Source of the DNA: a virus
Taxonomy: Duplodnaviria > Caudoviricetes
Strand: one strand, 5' to 3'
Virus record (IMG/VR): IMGVR_UViG_3300037722_000889
Coordinates: 1 to 64,000 of that record
Length of the DNA: 64,000 bases
Numbering within the stretch: the first letter of the stretch is position 1; every line of letters begins with the position of its first letter. Shown one piece after another: positions 36,871-43,791 of this stretch. The notes below the pieces were generated by a model. That model had not been told where the DNA came from. It did not search any database and saw only the letters and a program-made list of their open reading frames with translations. A program made the translations under genes and the position numbers.

Positions 36871-36970
36871 AGTGCTCTCCTTGGTTGGGATCCTGACATG
36901 TCAGGATCTAGGTTCTAGGGCTGCCGGCCTTCATAGGGGAGGGCGGCGGGGCCGGCTTGCCGCGTGGCCG

Positions 36971-37002
36971 GTTGCGTGACTTGTTGCGTGACTTGTTGCG
37001 TG
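36971..37002. repeat. 12-bp tandem repeat (GTTGCGTGACTT) x about 2.7
   Basis: gttgcgtgactt gttgcgtgactt gttgcgtg. Confidence 0.9.
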
Positions 37003-37171
37003 TCGATGCCAGCGGTGGTTTACAACTGGCTAAAAAAGCAACAGTGAAAATTATTTGTCCTAGCTAATATTGGCTAGACTCAGTCTAAACCGGAGCCTGA
37101 TTTTGCCTGGCTTTTTGGCAGGTGAGGCTCCTCGGCCTGAAGTGTATTAGAGTTTCTGCATACTGGCACTA

Positions 37172-37725
37172 ATATTATTAGGAGCTTCTAATAATTTTCG
37201 GAAAAAACGTGTGTAATGCCTTATTTTAAGGGGTGAGAGGCACGTGGATTCCGTCCGTGGAGCGGCGTGTAATCGTGTAATGAAGGGAGGGTGGCGGTGG
37301 TGGAACCCAAGCAGGGCCTGGCTTTACACCGATTACACGAGTTACACAGTGAAAGTGAACAAAAAGTTTCTCTGCCTCACCCAGTTTAGGCCCCACCCCA
37401 GTTTCAGGAAGAAAATTTCCCGAAATCGTGAATTTTTGGGGTTCACCATAAAATTTTAGTGGACTGCACTTTGCAAAGTTGTGAAGCGTTTTCAATCTTG
37501 CTTGGGTATAAAACGGGTAGGGGGTCAAAACTTTTTATTCACTTTCACTGTGTAACTCGTGTAACTGGTGTAAAGCTTTACCCTGCCTGGGTTTCACCAC
37601 CGCCATCCTGCCTTCATTACACCATTACACCCTCATTTCCCAACCAAATCCACCTGCATCTCGCCCCTTAAAATAAGCTATTACACACGTTTTTTCCGAA
37701 AATTATTAGAATCTCCTAATAATAT
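37172..37725. repeat. 198-bp imperfect inverted repeat (candidate origin or control element)
   Basis: Arms 37172-37369 and 37528-37725 align without gaps; 169/198 identical by manual count. Confidence 0.95.
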
Positions 37726-37812
37726 ACGTACGCGTATATATTAGCCCTTCATCATATTCGACCGTCAAAACGGCCTGGACCTCCCGATCGGCGCCTGCCC
37801 TTCAAAAATCGC

Positions 37813-37860
37813 TTGACAGGCCCGGAAATTCGACGTAACCTGCGGTAGCAGGTTACGTCG
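37813..37860 (+). promoter_or_regulatory. sigma70-like promoter with the -10 inside a 13-bp-stem palindrome
   Basis: TTGACA-N17-TAACCT; CGACGTAACCTGC-GGTA-GCAGGTTACGTCG. Confidence 0.65.
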
Positions 37861-37925
37861 GGGAAAATGGAGAACAACAGGAGAACACGGGGTTAAACCC
37901 GGTATCTCAAATACTGGTTTACATC

Positions 37926-37971
37926 TTGACTTTCGCCCAGAGGGCGAGTAACCTCGGCCCGAGGTTACTCG
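37926..37971 (+). promoter_or_regulatory. Second sigma70-like promoter with the -10 inside a 12-bp-stem palindrome
   Basis: TTGACT-N17-TAACCT; CGAGTAACCTCG-GCC-CGAGGTTACTCG. Confidence 0.65.
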
Positions 37972-37985
37972 TTCACCACTGGATT

Positions 37986-38285
37986 TCAAAAATTGCTGGC
38001 CTTCATTCGGTTCAGCAGCTCCCGCCACCGGTTGTACCCCTTCACTTCCCGCCGCGCCACCCTGAACATCCGAGCGTGCTGCGGGCTGCACGGGTAGGTC
38101 AGGTGCACGTCGATGCAGGTCAAGATCGCGACCTTGTCCGTGATCCCCATCCGCAGTGCCAGCAGCTGCCGGTCGATCCAGTCGCCATCGGCGACCAGGT
38201 GCGGCGTGAGGAAGCACTCGCCACCGGCAGGGGAGGGCGGGTATTCAGTGGCCAGACGGACGGCCATGGCGTGATACGTTGACAT
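37986..38285 (-). CDS. Hypothetical protein
   Basis: 99 aa, GGAG SD, GC3-rich codons. Confidence 0.65.
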   Translation of the reverse strand: MSTYHAMAVRLATEYPPSPAGGECFLTPHLVADGDWIDRQLLALRMGITDKVAILTCIDVHLTYPCSPQHARMFRVARREVKGYNRWRELLNRMKASNF

Positions 38286-38549
38286 TGGGATTGCTCCAGT
38301 GTGGGAAGGCATTTCTGCCAGCCTTCCGTTCGTTTTTGCCAGCCTTCCGTTCGTTTCGGCGGCCAGCGCCTGTGACTCCCAGATGCCGCCTCACCACCGA
38401 TGCCCACAGCGCCCCTGGCCGGCGGTGCCGGCTTTTCAAGGGGAGTGGGTAGGGCAGTGGTGAAGCGACATGAGGCAGTGCCCAGGGCTTGGGTCTGCGT
38501 GAATGCGTCGAACCTGCAACTCACCACCGATCCTGACATGTCAGGATCG

Positions 38550-39250
38550 ACCAGGTGCCGCGGATGGCACGCGCCGGGGTCGAAGTCCGGCTCCGCCCGT
38601 ACGTCGGTGAGAGGTACGGTGGTGAGGTCCCTGCAGGGGACAATATGATTGGTCTCCCGGTATATTGTTGACCGGGTACCACGCGGTTATCCAAGCGCAT
38701 GGGCTCGCCATGCTAGTAGGCATTTTCGGTGGACCGCTCCACCGTCAGGGCATCCTAGTGTCTCGCACGCCGTGGTCACCACGTGAAGGGAAAAATTCAG
38801 TGGCGACGGTAGGCGATTCAGATGCGTAGCATGCAGGAGGACGCACCGCCCCTTTCGAGGGGTGTGGCCTATGTGAGTATAAGCTGGCATGGGGTGCCCA
38901 GCGACGGTGGCCCGATTCTGTGCTCGCCGTTCGACGAGTCTCGGTTTCGGATCGCTACTCTCCTGCTATTACCTGACCACCGGTTTTATTGGTACCAGGA
39001 AACCGGCAAAGGAACTGGAGTCTTGACGGCGCTCCACTCTGGTCAAGTGGTCCCGGGGTATCATTCCGGCCACTTTTCCGCATTACCTCCCGTCGATATG
39101 GGACGGGTACCGGCTACCGCGTGCCACGGTGCCCGAAGGGCCACAACCCTTCGCTTCCTTGACTTCCCTTTGTAGTCCGCACCAGATGGACGGCTCCTGC
39201 CTGCACGCCCCCACGTCGATGCTACCGTGACCACGTGTCCATCTGAAAAC
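38550..39250 (+). ncRNA. Candidate large structured RNA
   Basis: At least 14 stems of 5-13 bp, with a UUCG loop and G-U pairs on the plus strand; no convincing ORF. Confidence 0.5.
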
Positions 39251-39313
39251 CTGTATGCCAGCGCCCAGCGCCAGGCCCGGGCCAGTGGCCGATCCTGACA
39301 TGTCAGGATCACC

Positions 39314-39419
39314 GCTGGCCGAGAAATTGTGCCCGCGCACCAGGCAAAACCCTGGCGCCGGGGAAAACGCCCACGCGCCCGGGAAAAGCCCGGCGCGCGG
39401 GAAATCACCACCGGCCAGC
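39314..39419 (+). ncRNA. Candidate small multi-stem RNA between two palindromes
   Basis: Closing stem GCTGGCCG/CGGCCAGC with inner hairpins that have A-rich loops. Confidence 0.4.
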
Positions 39420-39485
39420 CGGCGGGAGACTGAATCCTGACATGTCAGGATCGCCCTTTTGTGTGCGCACGCACGCACGCGCACA

Positions 39486-39551
39486 CAAAAAGGCCCGCCC
39501 GGCAAGCCGGGCAGGATGAATAGGGGAAGCCCGCCGGGAGTGCCGGCGGGC
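39486..39551 (-). terminator. Tandem GC hairpins; the second is followed by TTTTT
   Basis: GCCCGCCGG-CACTC-CCGGCGGGC, then GCCCGG-CTTG-CCGGGC...TTTTT, downstream of the 39559..40287 gene. Confidence 0.75.
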
Positions 39552-39558
39552 TATGGGG

Positions 39559-40287
39559 TTACGCGCGGAGTCGGCGCGCGGTCTTTTCGGCGTCCGTCTT
39601 GTGCTCGGGGGTTGCCTTGGTACCCTTGGGAACGGCTACCGGCGCGGCGGAGTCGATCGGGATACCCTTGGAAGCCTTGCGCGGCTTGCGGGTTGCCTTG
39701 GGCTTGCTGGCCTTTGCCATGGCGTCAAATTCACGCGCCAGTGTGGCCAGCGTTTCTTTGCTAAGCCCTTTGGCCAGTTCCCGGATAACGTCCGGGAGGT
39801 TCAAGCCATTGGGTACCATGGCGTCCCGTACCGGCTTGCATACGTCCGCAACGGACAGGCGCACCGGCTGGACCTGTTTCGGCTGGCCGTTGCTGGGAGT
39901 CGTTGTGGCGGGTGCTTCCGGCTCAGCCTTGGCGGGTGCTTCCGGCTCAGCCTTGGCGGGTGCCATGGACAGGTCCAACGGGAATTCATAGACCCCAGTA
40001 TTTGGATAGCGTTTCATCTGGCCAGCCGGGAACAGGAAGCCAGAATCAGTAACGGCGCGGCGTATCAGACGCTGGCAAGAGTTCCATTCTGTGTCCGTCA
40101 AGTCTTTCATGATGGCAACCATGGAAGCCTGTCGGCTTGCGGCGTCCGTACTGGCCGGAATGGTTGCGTCCGCGCGGACAATGGCGCGCAGTCCAAGGCT
40201 GAAATTTTCGGCACGGCCCAGAGCGACGCGGAATTCAATCAACAGGCTGGACACGGTAGCGGTCTTAAGATCGAAAGTATTTTTCAT
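39559..40287 (-). CDS. Hypothetical first left-arm protein with PAKAEPEA repeat and basic tail
   Basis: 242 aa; 24-nt tandem repeat at 39907-39963. Confidence 0.75.
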   Translation of the reverse strand: MKNTFDLKTATVSSLLIEFRVALGRAENFSLGLRAIVRADATIPASTDAASRQASMVAIMKDLTDTEWNSCQRLIRRAVTDSGFLFPAGQMKRYPNTGVYEFPLDLSMAPAKAEPEAPAKAEPEAPATTTPSNGQPKQVQPVRLSVADVCKPVRDAMVPNGLNLPDVIRELAKGLSKETLATLAREFDAMAKASKPKATRKPRKASKGIPIDSAAPVAVPKGTKATPEHKTDAEKTARRLRA

Positions 40288-40337
40288 GGCGTAAACCCTC
40301 TTTGGTTTGTGTGATCCTGACATGTCAGGATCTGGGG

Positions 40338-40385
40338 CGTCAACTATTTGACGGGTACCCAGGTAGGACCGTCAAAAGATTGACG
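40338..40385. promoter_or_regulatory. Two CGTCAA-N4-TTGACG palindromes 32 bp apart
   Basis: 40338-40353 and 40370-40385, just upstream of the first left-arm gene. Confidence 0.6.
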
Positions 40386-41006
40386 GCCAAAGAACGGACC
40401 GAGAACAAGCCCAGCCCATGGGGTCGCGGCCCCATACCCTATATATGCAGGAGGCGTGCCAAGTCTCGTAAGCTATTGATTCTATTAGACTTTATATCCT
40501 TATGCAGGTACCGTGCCAGCCTCTAACTGTATGATTATCCGACCTATTTTCTGTGGATAAGTCTCTAAGTCATTGATTCACAAGGCAATCACCACTGTCA
40601 ACCAGGTCGACACTCGCCGGCAGGCTTGACAGTCGGCATACCGGGAGAATGTCTTTAGATACAAGGACTTAGACCCGGTACCCACTTTTATTTTGTGGTT
40701 ACTTGGCCACTGGGATGTTGGTCCCTGCGCGAATTCCCCAGCTTTTTAAACCAGATCACCACCGAAATCAACAACTTAATAACAATTATCAACGACTTAC
40801 AACCGAAAACGGCGCCAAATCGCCAGATTCGCCACCGAAATCAACAATTTACCCTAAATTCGCCCAAAAACAGGCCAAAACCGCCAAAATCCCGCCGCCC
40901 AAATCCCAAAATTTTAGGGTAAACCCCAAAATTCCAAGAATCCCTCGACTCAGCCCGTCCTTTCCCTCACACTTCAGGAACATCCCGCCACTTCTTGAGG
41001 TGAAAC

Positions 41007-41189
41007 ATGAGCTACCCCTCCTGCCAAGCCTGCCACTGGGACCGTTTCAACCTCGACCACGGCTACCACAGCTGCGACCTGGACCGTGCCGAGCACGTCA
41101 CCCACGGCCCGGTCATCTGCCCCGAGTTCAAGCTCAGGTACCTCATGAACAACGTGCCGCATCCCACTGAAACAGTTGACCAAACCTGA
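41007..41189 (+). CDS. Small Cys/His protein
   Basis: CQAC..C..C motif; GAGGTG SD. Confidence 0.6.
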   Translation: MSYPSCQACHWDRFNLDHGYHSCDLDRAEHVTHGPVICPEFKLRYLMNNVPHPTETVDQT

Positions 41190-41213
41190 TCGCACGGCGT
41201 AGGATGCCAGTCT

Positions 41214-41678
41214 ATGACCGAGACCTCCGCCATCCACGAGTTCATGACGGACCTCCAGACCCTGGACGCCGAGGTGGAGGCGATCCTCCACGCCCCGCAG
41301 CTGCTGACCAAGGAGCAGCTGCGCAACCTCGCCTGCATCCTGCAGGATTACCTGCCCCAAGGCGTGGCCTATGGCGCCGACTTTGACCTGGTGGCGGAGA
41401 TCGGCCAGCAGCTGACCGCGATCAAGGCCATGCGGCGCAAAGTGATGACGGACAACGGGGTGCCGATGGAGGGGATCTCTGCGCGCGACCTGAAAGAGGT
41501 CGCAACCGCCAGCAACACCATCCTGCAGACCCTGATCAAGACCCACGAGAAGATCATGAGCTACGAGCGCCAGCGGGCCATCGAGAAGGCCGCGGCCGCT
41601 GCCGTGCGCGCCATGCCGCAGGAGTTCCAGGACCAATATTTCGAACACCTCGAGCGGGAGTTGTCCGCAATCGCATAA
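41214..41678 (+). CDS. Putative terminase small subunit
   Basis: 154-aa helical protein at the start of the late operon, upstream of TerL. Positional inference. Confidence 0.5.
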   Translation: MTETSAIHEFMTDLQTLDAEVEAILHAPQLLTKEQLRNLACILQDYLPQGVAYGADFDLVAEIGQQLTAIKAMRRKVMTDNGVPMEGISARDLKEVATASNTILQTLIKTHEKIMSYERQRAIEKAAAAAVRAMPQEFQDQYFEHLERELSAIA

Positions 41679-41699
41679 CCCGCCTGTCTCAATGAGGAG

Positions 41700-43598
41700 A
41701 TGGCTATGGCACGACAAGCAATCAACCACGGTACCACGCCCGGCGACAATACCGGCGAGACTCACTTCGCCGCGTTCCAGAAATGTAACGCCAATTTCGT
41801 CGAACTGTACAACAGTGCCACGGCCAACGCTGATGCGGCTGCGGCTGCGCTGAGCGCGGCCAACGACAAGGAAGCCGACCTCGGCAACCCGGCTTCCGAC
41901 GGCCAGATCTTGTCCAGTGACACGCTCGGCAACCGGGAGTGGATCGATCCGCCTGCGGGCGGGGCGGTGGACTCGGTCAGCGGCGCTGCACCGGTCGCCG
42001 TGGGCGGTACGGCTTCTGCGCCGGTGATCAGTATCTTGCCTGCAACTACTTCTGCGGCCGGCTCGATGTCCGCCACGGACAAGGCCAAACTGGATGGGGT
42101 CGCCACCGGGGCCACGGCCAACGCGACCGACGCTCAGCTGCGTGACCGGGCCTCGCACACTGGTGCGCAGGCGATCAGCACTGTCACAGACCTGCAAACG
42201 GCGCTGGACGACAAAGAGCCGGCCATCAGCAACCCTGCAGAGCTTGGCATGGTACTGACTAGCACTCTCGCTGGAGTCCGGTCTTGGGTGCCTCGGCTTG
42301 GGTCAAACATTCTCACAGTTGGGGAAACCGGCGCGTATGCAACCGTCCAGGTCGCTATAACTGCTCGTACTGCTGCCGGGTACAAGAAAACCACTCTGGC
42401 GTCCATCACGGACGGGGCTGAGGCGAATTTTGCCGGTCAGCATCGAGAATGGACCACTACCACAGACTTGTCCGCGCTGGTCGGCAGGACAGTTGGAATG
42501 GAGGTTGACGGCGACATCCCGTTGCTGGTGTATGTGCTGAACGCGAATACGGTTATGCAGTTGAACCCGCGTATTTCATCGTCCCGCACCGCACAGACGA
42601 TCGAGCTGTTCGAAGTCAACCCTGTTGTAATCTACCTGCTTCCAGGTCACACGGAATCCGCGTCGTTTTCAAATAATGCGCCGATCTATATTCCAAATGG
42701 ACATTTCACTACGCTGTTTGCCCACTCCGGCACCACTCAAATCAATGCGTGGAAAAATGCCGGCGAGACATGGGGTGCAATTATTGGCGGCAGCGAGTTC
42801 TGTATGGACGGACTCAATATAAGCTCCCGAGTAGCTGCTTCCGGGATCTACGAGAATGTACCTGCAGGCTATGGCCTTATCCGGTCTGCATATCCAAGCA
42901 ACCCGGTGGCGGCGTACTCAGCCAATATCTATCTGCGTAACGTATCCGGGATCGCAGGCTACCAAGACGCTGTGTATATGGCTGGTCCTCAAGGGTTGTT
43001 CATAGATAACTGTGTGATGGAGACTGAATTCGACGCCATTCGGTATTTCGAGGGGCGTCGTTTGGATGTCAGAAATTCTAAAATTACCGCGTTTCATAGG
43101 CAAGCTTCTAACAATACCCGATGTGTCGCGTTGGGGATTTCTTCGCCATCAATTGCGTTGCCAACCGATGCAAAAACAGATGTCAACCTCATCGGAAACG
43201 AGTTTTCTGCGTGGATACATACGAATGGCGGAGTGGGGACTGCCTCAACAATAGCCCTTGTGGCGACAGTACAGCAAATGAGTTCACGATCGGTTGTCGA
43301 TATCGCCCATAACAAGTTCAAGGTGGATTGCGATGAGGCGCTGAGCTTCGTAGGGGCTGAGATTGTTGGGGTTGATACCGGCACCGCATCAGGGGACACA
43401 ATAGTTAACTTCCCCGCTCAGTTTAACGTACACGACAATCAGTTTGATATGCGAATGGACGCAGCAGATGTGACGAATGTGAAACTGATGAAGAACCGCC
43501 ATGCGTCTCACCCATTTGTACAGTGGAACAACATCGCTGTCCCAGGCTCGATCACTAATGTTGACGCTACCAATATCACGGCGCCGACCTTCTTGTAA
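41700..43598 (+). CDS. Tailspike or fibre-like protein, probable beta-helix depolymerase
   Basis: N-terminal AINHGTTPGDNTGE...KCNANFVELY (T4 gp9/gp10-like motif); Ala/Thr-rich linker; C-terminal Asn/Ile/Gly beta-helix-like repeats. Confidence 0.65.
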   Translation: MAMARQAINHGTTPGDNTGETHFAAFQKCNANFVELYNSATANADAAAAALSAANDKEADLGNPASDGQILSSDTLGNREWIDPPAGGAVDSVSGAAPVAVGGTASAPVISILPATTSAAGSMSATDKAKLDGVATGATANATDAQLRDRASHTGAQAISTVTDLQTALDDKEPAISNPAELGMVLTSTLAGVRSWVPRLGSNILTVGETGAYATVQVAITARTAAGYKKTTLASITDGAEANFAGQHREWTTTTDLSALVGRTVGMEVDGDIPLLVYVLNANTVMQLNPRISSSRTAQTIELFEVNPVVIYLLPGHTESASFSNNAPIYIPNGHFTTLFAHSGTTQINAWKNAGETWGAIIGGSEFCMDGLNISSRVAASGIYENVPAGYGLIRSAYPSNPVAAYSANIYLRNVSGIAGYQDAVYMAGPQGLFIDNCVMETEFDAIRYFEGRRLDVRNSKITAFHRQASNNTRCVALGISSPSIALPTDAKTDVNLIGNEFSAWIHTNGGVGTASTIALVATVQQMSSRSVVDIAHNKFKVDCDEALSFVGAEIVGVDTGTASGDTIVNFPAQFNVHDNQFDMRMDAADVTNVKLMKNRHASHPFVQWNNIAVPGSITNVDATNITAPTFL

Positions 43599-43626
43599 CC
43601 GCAAACGGCCACAAAGATGACCAGAC

Positions 43627-43791
43627 GTGACCACTGACACCGACATCCACACCGCCGACAGCCAGTTCCTGATGGCCGACGGTTTCTTCCGGGGCGTGCC
43701 GCACGATCCACAGCGCCCGGACGTTGTGGTGTTGACCCCGGTCACCGGCCAGACCAACGCTACCCCTGTCCTGGACATTGAGGTCCTATGA
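43627..43791 (+). CDS. Small protein (not in ORF track)
   Basis: VTTDTDIHTADSQFLMADGFFRGVPHDPQRPDVVVLTPVTGQTNATPVLDIEVL; ATGA overlap with the next gene; no clear SD. Confidence 0.55.
   Translation: MTTDTDIHTADSQFLMADGFFRGVPHDPQRPDVVVLTPVTGQTNATPVLDIEVL

Larger units (their letters stand above)
22836..36918. repeat. Second dispersed palindrome family, GGTCTAG(A/G)(A/T)TCTAGACC
   Basis: Copies at 22836, 27092, 28233, 29961, 30639 and 33519; cores at 34534, 35020, 36564 and 36907. Confidence 0.93.
18707..40331. repeat. Dispersed 18-bp palindrome family, A(TC/CT)CTGACATGTCAG(GA/AG)T
   Basis: Perfect 12-bp core. Copies start at about 18707, 21758, 26716, 29985, 30951, 31640, 32962, 33494, 34547, 35033, 35793, 36547, 36890, 38530, 39292, 39434 and 40314; a decayed copy is at 23551. 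Confidence 0.97.

Noticed and set aside
389-36979. Long plus-strand ORFs opposite the left-arm genes (e.g. 2425-3906, 5728-7176, 7663-8928) and minus-strand ORFs opposite the right-arm genes (e.g. 45700-48765, 54712-56721)
   Set aside because: These are shadow frames of GC-rich coding DNA, with no motifs and no RBS.
38550-38600. tRNA (T-loop-like GTCGAAG hairpin)
   Set aside because: There is no acceptor stem, D-arm or 7-nt anticodon loop.
38580-39120. RNase P RNA (GAAGTCCGGCTCC at 38582 and CCGGCT at 39110 mimic P4)
   Set aside because: GAGGAAAGUCC is incomplete, the other conserved regions (ACAGAA, UGAAAC, CR IV/V) were not found, and the spacing is too long.
38822-39175. 117-aa plus-strand ORF
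   Set aside because: It has no SD, atypical codon usage and no recognisable motif; treated as non-coding.
38550-39250. Group I or group II intron
   Set aside because: There is no complementary GACUA/UAGUC P7 pair on one strand, the GAGCCG does not close a domain V hairpin, and no host gene is interrupted.
18707-40331. CRISPR array
   Set aside because: The repeats are 18 bp and separated by 0.1-5 kb of whole genes, not by spacers of about 30-40 bp, and no cas genes are present.
40338-40385. FNR/Anr box
   Set aside because: FNR is TTGAT-N4-ATCAA; here the half-sites are in the opposite order with a different sequence.
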